Source: an uncultured Thermoleophilia bacterium
GTDB taxonomy: Bacteria > Actinomycetota > Thermoleophilia > UBA2241
DNA: 64,000 nucleotides
Reading direction: 5' to 3'
Assembly: GCA_964533575.1 (NCBI GenBank)
Contig: CAZHMG010000001.1
Location: forward strand, 11,385-75,384
Shown here: one piece after another, positions 30,074 to 38,699 of the stretch
How positions within the stretch are numbered: the first letter of the stretch is position 1
Layout: every line of letters begins with the position of its first letter
Made by a program: the position numbers and the translations under genes
Notes under the pieces: generated by a model
Seen by the model: the letters and a program-made list of their open reading frames with translations, nothing else
Told to the model about the DNA's origin: nothing
Database searches by the model: none

Positions 30074-30514
30074 TCAGTGGTGCGGCAGCGCCCGCCGATC
30101 GTGCCCACTGGACATGTAGGCGACGATGTGGGCGATCAGGCCGAGGCTCCACGGGATCGTGACCCAGTACGCGTACTCCAGTCCGCCGCCCGTCACTATG
30201 TCCTGCAGCCACAGGAACGCATTGACGATCGCGAACACGACGGCATGCATGATCAGAGCCGCGAAGTCGCTCACAGGCTTGCGGGCATCCGGATGGCGGA
30301 GGTCCTGTATTGCGACCACGGCGGCGACCGCGAGCAGGACGAGGCCGACGACGACCATCCCGTAACCCCACCACGACACGATGTCGCCCACACGCCACGA
30401 CAGATCCCCGCCGATCCCGACGTACTGATCCTCGCCTCCGTACAGGATGAAGACGCCGAGCAGTGCCACGCAGGCGCCGACGATTCCCAGAACCCATTCG
30501 CTCACTCTGGACAC
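30074..30514 (-). CDS. Small membrane protein with C-terminal 2TM-like domain
   Basis: Four hydrophobic segments; HAVVFAIVNAFL...YWVTIPWSLGLIAH pattern; GGAGG RBS before GTG 30514. Confidence 0.72.
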   Translation of the reverse strand: MSRVSEWVLGIVGACVALLGVFILYGGEDQYVGIGGDLSWRVGDIVSWWGYGMVVVGLVLLAVAAVVAIQDLRHPDARKPVSDFAALIMHAVVFAIVNAFLWLQDIVTGGGLEYAYWVTIPWSLGLIAHIVAYMSSGHDRRALPHH

Positions 30515-30592
30515 GGGTACCTCCCCTCCCCGACATCCCATCCATGGAATTCTTGCCACTTCTTGCGGATCGGAAACCGTTGTGTGCGTCGG

Positions 30593-32974
30593 CTACTCCA
30601 TCACCTTCGTCGCAGCGGCAAGGTCGAGGCGGAACACGCGGCGCAACGACGGCACCTCGGAGAGGAGCAGGATCGCCAGCACCGACAGCACGATCCAGAC
30701 GTAACTCGTGGGACGGATGTAGACGGGCATGGTGTACGCCTCCGTCGACATCGCGTTGAAGATGGCGCCGGCGGCCAGCCTGCCCAGCCACAGGCCGAGC
30801 GGCAGGCTGACGACGGCGAGCAGCAGGTTCTCGGCCGTGATCATGGCGACGACGTGCCTGCGGTCCTCGCCGATCGTGTGCATCGTCGCGATCTCGCGCG
30901 TACGTTCGATCACGTTGGTCGTGAAGGTGTTGTAGACGACGACGAACGCCACCGCGAAGGCGAATGCGAAGAGCACGCCGACGAAGAAGCGCATGAACGC
31001 GAGGAGCGAATCGAGCACGCCGAAGAGCGACTCCTTGATCGTGACGCTGGCCACGCCGGGCTGGGCATAGAGCGCCCGTTCGAGCGCGTTCAGGTCGGCG
31101 GTGTCGTAGCGGATGTAGACGGCGTTCATGACGGGCTGCGACGAGGATGCGAGTGCCTGGCCGGTCGCCTCCCCCACGAAGATCGGCGCGCCGAACCCCT
31201 CGTCGGACAGGGTCCCGACCTCGAGCCGCACAACGTCATCCCGATACGGGCTGCGCACCTCGACCGTGTCGCCGACACCGAGGCCGAGACGTTCGGCAAG
31301 ACCGGCGGGAAAGACGATTCCGCCCCGGCTCAGGGTTTCGCCCACCGGGGCGCCATCGACCACCGTGAAGCCGTGGAAGCCCATGTCCGGCGCGGCCGCC
31401 GTGAGCGCGACCTCGCGCGTCTCGTCGCCGGCCTGCAGCCGCACGGGGACGACGAGCGCCGCCTCCGCGGAGGTGACGCCCGGCAGCCCGGCCACGTCCT
31501 CGAGGGCCGACGCCGGCACGTTCTCCTCGTAGGCGACGACGGCGTCCCACGTCTCGATCTCCTCGACCTGACGGTCGATGAGGTACCTGATCGAGTCGTT
31601 CATCGCCCACGTCGACACAATGAGGATCAGTGCGAACACCGTGCCCACGATCGTGTACAGACTGCGGCGTCGCGTGCGGAACACGTTACGCAGCGGCAGC
31701 CTGACGACGATCGAGCGCGGAAGTGCCCAGCCAAAGGCGCGCTCTACCAGAGGTACGTGGCCTTTGATCTGGCCGAGCGAGGGGTCGCTGTGCATCGCCA
31801 GCGCCGGTCGCAAGCGGGCGCTGCGCAAGGCCGGGCCGAGACCCGCGAGCACGCACACGACAACGCTGATCGCGACGGCGCTGCCGGCAATGCCCCAGTG
31901 CACGCTCGTCTCGTGGAACGGCAGGTTGAGGAGACTGCGGTAGCTCTCACCGATGCCGTAGGCCATGAGCAGCCCGAGCCCGATGCCGAGCAGGGACCCC
32001 ACCGCACCGACGATCAGCGTGAAGCCGAGGTACTGGGTGAGAATCTGCCGGTCGGTGTAACCGAGCGCCTTGGAGAGCCCGATCTCGCCCCGCTGGCTCT
32101 GCACGAGGCGGGCCATCGCGATGGCCAGTGCCATGGCGCTGACGGCGAGGATCATGAGCGGCACAATCCTCGCAAGGTTCTCGTTCTGGCGGATCTCCTC
32201 GCGCATGCCGAAGTTCGACGGCTGGTCCTCCTGCACCGTCGAACTCAGCACGTAGTAGGGCGCGAGGATGTCCTCCACGCCGGCGATCACCGCGACCCGG
32301 TCGGCGCCGTCCTCCACGAGCACGGCGAACGAATTCATCCGGCCGGGCCGCCGGCTCGCCAGCTCGACGCTCGCCTGCGGCGCGAAGACGACGGCGAACT
32401 CGGCGGGGTTGGGGATCTCGTCTTTCGTGCGGCGGAGGAAGAAGTACTCGGCACTGGCGACGATGCCGCGCACGGTGAGCGTCACCGTGGCCCCCTCAGT
32501 GCGCAGCGCCACAGTGTCGCCGACGCCGATGCCGCGCTCTTCGGCGAAGCCGTTCTGCAGCAGGATGCCCGTAGGATCGCGCGGATCGAGGTATGAGCCC
32601 TCCAGCACGCGCACATCGTTCACGGCCGGATGCTCGTCAGCGGGGATGCCGACGGCCCGCATCGCGACCTCGTCGCGCCCTACCGTCAGGCCCGTGTCGA
32701 CGATCAGCCGGCCTTGGACGGCGTCGACGCCGTCGACCTCGGCGAGCTCGGGAACGACACTCGCCGGGGCGTCCACCACCTTCGTCTCGAAGTCCGCCAG
32801 GGCGAACGTCTCATTGGCCAGGTCGGCGGAGGCGCGCAGGTCGAGCGCCGCGCCGACGAAGGCAACGTACACGGCGACCCCGAGCGTCACGAGCACGATG
32901 AGCCCGGCGAACTGCCCTCTCCGAGCCTTGATGTCGCGCCACGTCTTGAGCGTCATCGGTCGCATCAGATTCAC
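30593..32974 (-). CDS. ABC transporter permease, duplicated FtsX/MacB type
   Basis: Two FtsX modules (QRGEIGLSKALGY and ERTREIATMHTIG). Confidence 0.92.
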   Translation of the reverse strand: MNLMRPMTLKTWRDIKARRGQFAGLIVLVTLGVAVYVAFVGAALDLRASADLANETFALADFETKVVDAPASVVPELAEVDGVDAVQGRLIVDTGLTVGRDEVAMRAVGIPADEHPAVNDVRVLEGSYLDPRDPTGILLQNGFAEERGIGVGDTVALRTEGATVTLTVRGIVASAEYFFLRRTKDEIPNPAEFAVVFAPQASVELASRRPGRMNSFAVLVEDGADRVAVIAGVEDILAPYYVLSSTVQEDQPSNFGMREEIRQNENLARIVPLMILAVSAMALAIAMARLVQSQRGEIGLSKALGYTDRQILTQYLGFTLIVGAVGSLLGIGLGLLMAYGIGESYRSLLNLPFHETSVHWGIAGSAVAISVVVCVLAGLGPALRSARLRPALAMHSDPSLGQIKGHVPLVERAFGWALPRSIVVRLPLRNVFRTRRRSLYTIVGTVFALILIVSTWAMNDSIRYLIDRQVEEIETWDAVVAYEENVPASALEDVAGLPGVTSAEAALVVPVRLQAGDETREVALTAAAPDMGFHGFTVVDGAPVGETLSRGGIVFPAGLAERLGLGVGDTVEVRSPYRDDVVRLEVGTLSDEGFGAPIFVGEATGQALASSSQPVMNAVYIRYDTADLNALERALYAQPGVASVTIKESLFGVLDSLLAFMRFFVGVLFAFAFAVAFVVVYNTFTTNVIERTREIATMHTIGEDRRHVVAMITAENLLLAVVSLPLGLWLGRLAAGAIFNAMSTEAYTMPVYIRPTSYVWIVLSVLAILLLSEVPSLRRVFRLDLAAATKVME

Positions 32975-33702
32975 CAGACGATGTCGGCGGGGTCGACCGG
33001 GTGGTCGTTGCGCTCCTCAGCGTAGATCCTGCCGTCGCGCAGGCGAATGATGCGGTCGGCAACCTGGGCCACGGGTGAGTTGTGCGTGACGAGGACGACG
33101 CTGCGCCCCTGCAGGTTGAGCTGCTTGAGCGTGCCGAGCACGAGCTTGCCGGTCTCGAAGTCGAGGTTGCCGGTGGGCTCGTCGCCGAGGATCAGCGGCG
33201 GGTCCTTGGCCAAGGCGCGGGCGACAGCCACCCGCTGCTGCTCGCCGCCGGAGAGCTGGCTCGGGAAGTGGTGTGCCCGGTCGGCGAGCCCGACTGCCGC
33301 GAGCAACTCATGCGGGTCGGTGGGCGGCGCCTGGCGATCGCGCGCCGCCAGCTCGTACGCGTAGCGTACGTTCTCCTCCGCGGTGAGGGTCGGGATCAGG
33401 TTGAAGAACTGGAAGATGAAGCCGACCTTCTCGCGGCGGTAGTAGGCAAGCTGCTTGCTGCTGTGACGGGTGATGTCCTCGCCGTCGACCACGACGGTGC
33501 CGCTCGACGGTGAATCGAGCCCCCCAAGCAGGTTCAAAAGCGTCGTCTTGCCCGAGCCCGACGGGCCGAGGACGGCGATGAACTCGCCGCGGCCGATGTC
33601 GAGGTCGACGTCGTCGAGCGCGTGGATGACGACCTCGCCCAGCGTGTAGGTCTTCGATACGCCACGCAGCGTCGCCAGGACGTCGTGCCCATCCACGCTC
33701 AT
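32971..33702 (-). CDS. ABC transporter ATP-binding protein (LolD/MacB type)
   Basis: GPSGSGKT, LSGGEQQRV, DEPTGNLD and VTHN. Start set at ATG 33702. Confidence 0.94.
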   Translation of the reverse strand: MSVDGHDVLATLRGVSKTYTLGEVVIHALDDVDLDIGRGEFIAVLGPSGSGKTTLLNLLGGLDSPSSGTVVVDGEDITRHSSKQLAYYRREKVGFIFQFFNLIPTLTAEENVRYAYELAARDRQAPPTDPHELLAAVGLADRAHHFPSQLSGGEQQRVAVARALAKDPPLILGDEPTGNLDFETGKLVLGTLKQLNLQGRSVVLVTHNSPVAQVADRIIRLRDGRIYAEERNDHPVDPADIVW

Positions 33703-33810
33703 CCCATCCCCCCACAGTCGCATCCGAGCCGTGATTCGACGATATCGCGCCCGGCCTCGTCTGCCAAACGTGATCACGCTGAACGATTGTCGGCCGCGGT
33801 CCGAAGCCCC

Positions 33811-33847
33811 ACGAAGAGGGCCGCCCCGGCGGGGCGGCCCTCTTCGT
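33811..33847 (-). terminator. Strong hairpin (terminator) downstream of the beta-helix gene
   Basis: Perfect 17-bp stem ACGAAGAGGGCCGCCCC-ggc-GGGGCGGCCCTCTTCGT. Confidence 0.75.
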
Positions 33848-33876
33848 TGACGCTGCGCGGCCGATACGTTCGCGGC

Positions 33877-35694
33877 TCAGATCTCCGCAATCACGGCCTT
33901 CGCCTTCATCTCGATCAGCTGCGCCGTCTGGGTGTCGCCCAAAGTGACCTTGGCGTCGGCGATCAGTTCGTTGAGAGCGGCTACCGCTCCCGCTTCGTCC
34001 TCCTGAGCGAGCGCCGCCGAGGCGGCATCGACGCCGGCGAGCAGGCGGGCGGTCAGCGTCGCGTCGATCTCCCCGGCATCAGACAACGCCGTGAGGAAGG
34101 CGCGCAGGCCGGGCAGCCCCAGGATGTACTCATCTGCCCCGATGTCCACCGCCGGCTTACCGTCGGCGTCGCCGTCGACGACGCGCTTGCCGCCGTAGAA
34201 GTCCGTTGCGGGCAGGGCCGGCCAGGAGAGGTTGCCGTGCTTGAGCCTCTCGCCGGTGTCGACGCAGGGCGAGCCGTACGTCAGGTGGAAGTCGCCGGCG
34301 GCCGGATCCGCCAGGAGAGGGTCGAGGTCGTAGAGGTTGCCGTACTCCGTGAAGGCCATGGGCAGGGTCCCGGCGACGTGGTTGATCTCTCGGGGCACAG
34401 AGTTCGGCCACCAGCAAACATTCTCGTAGAAGAGGCAGTTCGTGAGCGTTCCTCCGCGGCCGCCGCTGTAGAAGAGGGCGCCTCCGCCTGAGCGCACGGC
34501 GTTGTCGCTGAAGATGCAGTTCGTGATGGTGCCGGCGGCCAGGTTGTAGATGGCGCCACCCGCTGCTGTGTATGGCCTGAAGCGCGGCTCATACCCCGAC
34601 GTGAGATGCCGCCAGCCGTTCTTGAAGAAGGTGCAGTTCAGGATGGTGGAATTGGCGCGGTTGAAGATCGCCCCGCCGAGCCCCTCCCCATACGTGGTGA
34701 AGTTGGCGGTGAAGAGGCAGTTGGTGAGGGTCGGCTCGCTGTAGTAGTTGAGCATCGCGCCACCGTGTGTGGCCGAGTTCCCCGTGAAGGAACAGCCCTC
34801 CACAGTCTGCATGCCCGCGGCGTTGTACATACCGCCCCCGCCCCCGTATTCGAAGCTCGCGCCTGCATAGGCGGTGTTGTCGCTGAAGGTGCAGCCTGTG
34901 ACGCGGGGCCAGCTCTGTTCGGCGTATGAGCCGTAGGTACCGTAGTTGTACATGCCGCCGCCCCGCCCCCAGGCGTTCGTGGCCCAGGCGCCACCCGCAT
35001 AGTTCAACCTGAAGACGCAGTTGGTGACGGTCGGCGCGCTCTGCTCGTTGCACATGCCGGCGCCGACGGCTACCGAGTAGTTGTCCTTGGCGTCCACGCG
35101 GTTGTCGCTGAAGACGCAGTTGGTGATGGCGAGGGCGCTCTTGAAGTTGTATATTCCGGCGCCCCGAGTGTCCCTGATCTGGAGACTGGAGGCCCCTGTG
35201 ACGCGATCGCCGCGCCCCAGCGTTACCGTGAACCCATCGAGCACGGCGCCGGTCACGCCACTGGCGTAGACGACGTGGTAGCTGTTGTCCGTGACGTCAC
35301 CGGCGACTCCGATGTCGCCACTCAGAATGGTCAGCGCCGGATCCGAGCTCCGCTTCTTCAGGTCCTTCTCGACACCGACGAAGCCGCCGTAGAGGGCGAC
35401 GCCGCTCTTCAGGCTGAAGGAGGCCGTACGCGCGTCGGCGGAGCCGTCGAGAGACACACTTGGCTTGTAGGTGCCGGCAGCCACCCAGATGCTGTCGCCG
35501 GCGACGACCGCGTCCAGGGCGCTCTGCAGATCGGTGAAGGCGTTCTCCCAGCTCGTGCCGTCGTTGGCCCCGGCGGCGTCGTCGTTGACGAAGTATGTGA
35601 CCGGAGCCGCATCTGACTGGGCGGCCGCAGGGCCACCAACGAGCAGGAGCAGGGCGATCACCACCAATCCTGTCGCGAACGCCAAACGTCTCAT
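33877..35694 (-). CDS. Secreted right-handed parallel beta-helix protein (choice-of-anchor Q/Pmp-like repeats) with C-terminal FIMAH-like helical domain
   Basis: Signal peptide; DGTSWENAFTDLQSAL; repeated TNCxFxxN/GGxxYN units; DFHLTYGSPCVDTG and VDIGADE; helical C-terminus. Start set at ATG 35694 after GGAGGAG. Confidence 0.82.
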   Translation of the reverse strand: MRRLAFATGLVVIALLLLVGGPAAAQSDAAPVTYFVNDDAAGANDGTSWENAFTDLQSALDAVVAGDSIWVAAGTYKPSVSLDGSADARTASFSLKSGVALYGGFVGVEKDLKKRSSDPALTILSGDIGVAGDVTDNSYHVVYASGVTGAVLDGFTVTLGRGDRVTGASSLQIRDTRGAGIYNFKSALAITNCVFSDNRVDAKDNYSVAVGAGMCNEQSAPTVTNCVFRLNYAGGAWATNAWGRGGGMYNYGTYGSYAEQSWPRVTGCTFSDNTAYAGASFEYGGGGGMYNAAGMQTVEGCSFTGNSATHGGAMLNYYSEPTLTNCLFTANFTTYGEGLGGAIFNRANSTILNCTFFKNGWRHLTSGYEPRFRPYTAAGGAIYNLAAGTITNCIFSDNAVRSGGGALFYSGGRGGTLTNCLFYENVCWWPNSVPREINHVAGTLPMAFTEYGNLYDLDPLLADPAAGDFHLTYGSPCVDTGERLKHGNLSWPALPATDFYGGKRVVDGDADGKPAVDIGADEYILGLPGLRAFLTALSDAGEIDATLTARLLAGVDAASAALAQEDEAGAVAALNELIADAKVTLGDTQTAQLIEMKAKAVIAEI

Positions 35695-35889
35695 CGCTCC
35701 TCCTCCCCCCACTGGCTTGGATCCCTGCCTGTCGTCTACCTGGACGAATCGCGCTCGCTGCCAGGCAGACTTGGCTGATCTGGAGATCGGAGGTGTCGGG
35801 GTGCCTCCCGTGGTTGCTTCCGAGAGATGCGCTCCCGGGCAGCTCCAGATACGGCTTACCCTGATTGTGGCCCGAGCGAGGTGCCGGCG

Positions 35890-35933
35890 CACTGTCCTGA
35901 TGGACAGTCTGAGGGACAGTCTGAGGGACCGTC
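35890..35933. promoter_or_regulatory. Regulator binding site: 20-bp palindrome plus two extra half-sites
   Basis: CACTGTCCTGATGGACAGTC (35890-35909), then GGGACAGTC (35913-35921) and GGGACCGTC (35925-35933) at 12-bp spacing, between the divergent beta-helix and kinase genes. Confidence 0.72.
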
Positions 35934-36046
35934 GGGGAGTCGAGCGGCTCCGCAAGCCTGCCGGTTCCCTTCGGGGTAGCCCTACGAGTAGGCTACGGGG
36001 CGGGTCTTGATGGAGCGGTCCGAAGGGGGAGGCTCCCCCGCTCCAG

Positions 36047-37783
36047 ATGCTTTGGACGAAAGCTGCACGGATGGCTTCGTACGCCTACAGCACTTCTCTG
36101 CTGCCGCCGCTCCTCGCGATGCTCTTCATCGCGCTCCTCTCCCTGTACGGCTGGCGACACCGCAAGGTCCCGGGCGCGGTCCCATTCGCGGCCGCCTGCC
36201 TGTTCGGCGTCGCCTGGTCGCTCGGCTCGATGCTCAGCGGCGCCGCGCAGGAGCCGGAGACGAAGATCTTCTGGCTGAGGTTCGCGACCGTATGGCAGCT
36301 GCCGCTCGTCACGGCTGGTACGTGCTTTGCGCTCCAGTACGCCGGTCTGGGGCACTGGCTGACCCGCAGGGTACTGCTCGCACTCGCCGTGCCCCCGCTT
36401 CTGTTCGCCGCCGTGATCGCGACCGACGGCCTCCACCACCTCGCGTGGGCCGGCCTCACGGTCGTCGACGGATCCGTCCGAGCGGTCTACGGCCCCTTCA
36501 TAACTGCGGAGCTCGCGTACAGCTACGTCCTGTTCGTTATCAATGTCTCGGTGTTGCTCTGGTTGTTCGTCCGCTCGCCGCGGCACCGCGCGCCCGTCGC
36601 CCTCATGGTGCTCGCCCAGGTGGGAGCGCGCGTCACGTTCGAGTTCGGCGTCGTGCGGTCGTCCTTCCCTCCACAGTGGGACCCCGACCTGTTCGTCCTC
36701 CTCGTCACGTTCGGCGTGTACGCGATCGCGCTGTTCGGCTTCAACGTGCTCAACCCTGTGCCAGCCGCCCGCAGGGCGACGCTCACCCAGATGCGCGACG
36801 GCATGGTGGTCGTCGACGGCGGCGGGCGGATCGCGGACGTCAATCCCGGGGCCGAGCGCGCGCTCGGCAGGCGGGCGGCCGAGCTGCTCGGCCGCCCGCT
36901 CGGCACGGTGCCTGCGCTCGACGATCTGCTGTCGCCGCAGACGAACACGGACGCGAGCGGCAGCGACCAGGCCGATGTCGGGCCGCCCGCCCGGGACTTG
37001 AACGGCCGGCACTACCTCGTCGAGACGAAGTCGCTGGAGGATCGTCGCGGACGGCCGCTGGGCCGCCTGATCCTGCTCCACGACGTCACGGAGCAGCAGC
37101 AGGCCCAGGCTCGCCTCCTCGAGCAGGAGCGGGTGGTCGCCACACTGCAGGAGCGGGAACGACTCGCCCGCGAGCTGCACGACAGCGTGGGCCAGGTGCT
37201 CGGCTACGTGAGCATGCAGGCCCAGACGGCGAGCAAGCGCCTGCGCGACGGCGACGGCGGGAGGGCGGAGCAGCTGCTCGATCGGCTCGCCTCCGTCGCG
37301 CAGCAGGCGCATGCCGACGTGCGTGAGTCCATCCTGGCGCTTCATGCCGCGCCGTCAGCGGACTGGGCGTTCGTGCCCACGCTCCAGCGCCACCTCGAGG
37401 ACTTCGAGACGCAGTACGGCGTGACGACGGAGCTCACGGTGGACGGGCTGACCGACGACTCGTTTCCACCGGAGGCTGGGGTGCAACTGCTGCGGGTGGT
37501 TCAGGAAGCCATGACGAATGCGCGCCGGCACGGCCACGCACAGACCATCAACGTCGCGATGGAACGGCGCGGAGACAAGACGCACATCACGGTGGCGGAC
37601 GACGGCGACGGATTCGAACCGCTCATGCTGGGCGCCGACGGCGACGGCCACTTCGGCCTGCGCTTCATGCGTGAGCGGATGGCGCAGATCGCCGGCGACG
37701 TGACGATCGATTCCAGCCCCGGCGCCGGGACGAGAGTGCAACTCACGGCGCCGCTGGGCGCAGGACGGGAGGACGCGGAATGA
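36047..37783 (+). CDS. Sensor histidine kinase (N-terminal 7TM, PAS, HisKA_3, HATPase)
   Basis: Seven hydrophobic segments; PAS MRDGMVVVD...VNP; ERERLARELHDSVGQ; QEAMTNARRHG, DDGDGF, HFGLRFMRER. ATG 36071 is an alternative start. Confidence 0.93.
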   Translation: MLWTKAARMASYAYSTSLLPPLLAMLFIALLSLYGWRHRKVPGAVPFAAACLFGVAWSLGSMLSGAAQEPETKIFWLRFATVWQLPLVTAGTCFALQYAGLGHWLTRRVLLALAVPPLLFAAVIATDGLHHLAWAGLTVVDGSVRAVYGPFITAELAYSYVLFVINVSVLLWLFVRSPRHRAPVALMVLAQVGARVTFEFGVVRSSFPPQWDPDLFVLLVTFGVYAIALFGFNVLNPVPAARRATLTQMRDGMVVVDGGGRIADVNPGAERALGRRAAELLGRPLGTVPALDDLLSPQTNTDASGSDQADVGPPARDLNGRHYLVETKSLEDRRGRPLGRLILLHDVTEQQQAQARLLEQERVVATLQERERLARELHDSVGQVLGYVSMQAQTASKRLRDGDGGRAEQLLDRLASVAQQAHADVRESILALHAAPSADWAFVPTLQRHLEDFETQYGVTTELTVDGLTDDSFPPEAGVQLLRVVQEAMTNARRHGHAQTINVAMERRGDKTHITVADDGDGFEPLMLGADGDGHFGLRFMRERMAQIAGDVTIDSSPGAGTRVQLTAPLGAGREDAE

Positions 37784-38580
37784 GAGTGCTGCTGGCAGAC
37801 GACCACACCCTGCTTCTGGAGGGCTTGCGGAACCTCCTCGAAGCACACGACATCGAGGTCGTCGGGACGGCCGGCAACGGTCGCGAGGCGGCCGAACTGG
37901 CCAGGCAACTCCTCCCCGACGTCATCCTCATGGACATCCGCATGCCGGTCTGCAACGGCCTCACCGCGACTCGGCTCATCAAGGCCGAGCTGCCCCAGGT
38001 GAAGATCGTCGTGCTGACGACGTCGGCCGACGAGCGAGATCTGTTCGAGGCGGTCAAGTCAGGAGCGGGGGGCTACCTCCTCAAGAGCATAGACGCCGAC
38101 AGCCTCCTGGAAGCGTTGCGCGATGTGCAGCAGGACGTGCCACCCTTCGCTCCCGGGCTCGCGGCGAGGCTGCTGGCCGAGCTCTCGCGGAGCTCCGAGG
38201 ACGCAGAGGGAGGCGACGCGAGCGGCCAGAGCGCGACCAGCGGCGGCGACACCAGGAGTGCAACGAGCGGCGGCGAGGCGGACGGGAGCGGCCGAGCCTC
38301 TACCGAGACGCCCTCCCGCCCGCCCGCGCCGCCCTCCCCTCCGCCCGACATGCCGCCCGATCTCGACGAGCCGCTGAGCCCGCGACAGGTCGAAGTGCTC
38401 GCCCTGGTCGCGCAGGGCCTCTCGTACAAGGAGGTCGGCGAGCGTGTCTACCTCAGCCCTCGCACGGTGAAGTACCACATGGCCGAGATCATGCGGAAGC
38501 TCCACGTCCAGAACCGGGCGCAGGTCCTGGCGCATGCAGGCCACCTGCTGCGGGAGTGCGGGGTCGAGGAGAACGACTAG
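37780..38580 (+). CDS. NarL/LuxR family response regulator
   Basis: LLADDH, phospho-Asp PDVILMD, GYLLK; LuxR HTH LSPRQVEVL...TVKYHMAEIMRKL; ATGA overlap with the kinase. Confidence 0.95.
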   Translation: MRVLLADDHTLLLEGLRNLLEAHDIEVVGTAGNGREAAELARQLLPDVILMDIRMPVCNGLTATRLIKAELPQVKIVVLTTSADERDLFEAVKSGAGGYLLKSIDADSLLEALRDVQQDVPPFAPGLAARLLAELSRSSEDAEGGDASGQSATSGGDTRSATSGGEADGSGRASTETPSRPPAPPSPPPDMPPDLDEPLSPRQVEVLALVAQGLSYKEVGERVYLSPRTVKYHMAEIMRKLHVQNRAQVLAHAGHLLRECGVEEND

Positions 38581-38647
38581 CGCGCCAGTAGCAGCAGCCC
38601 GTCTGCCGGACCTCCGCCTCGGTGCGGATGAGGCCAGTGCGTACGGT

Positions 38648-38682
38648 CGGGGGCTCGGACGGCGGTGCCGTCCGAGCCCCCG
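38648..38682. terminator. Hairpin between convergent genes (bidirectional terminator)
   Basis: 16-bp perfect stem CGGGGGCTCGGACGGC-ggt-GCCGTCCGAGCCCCCG. Confidence 0.75.
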
Positions 38683-38699
38683 GCTGCAAAGCCCGATCG

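Noticed and set aside
30023-32596. 857-aa plus-strand ORF
   Set aside because: Antisense shadow of the ABC permease.
35700-35865. ZTP or cyclic-dinucleotide riboswitch
   Set aside because: AACCACGGGAG is suggestive, but the other conserved elements are missing; kept only as an unassigned structured leader.
35890-35933. GGGACAGTC repeats as a CRISPR array or iterons
   Set aside because: Units are 9 bp with 2-4 nt gaps, there are no spacers, cas or rep genes, and their positions fit regulator sites.
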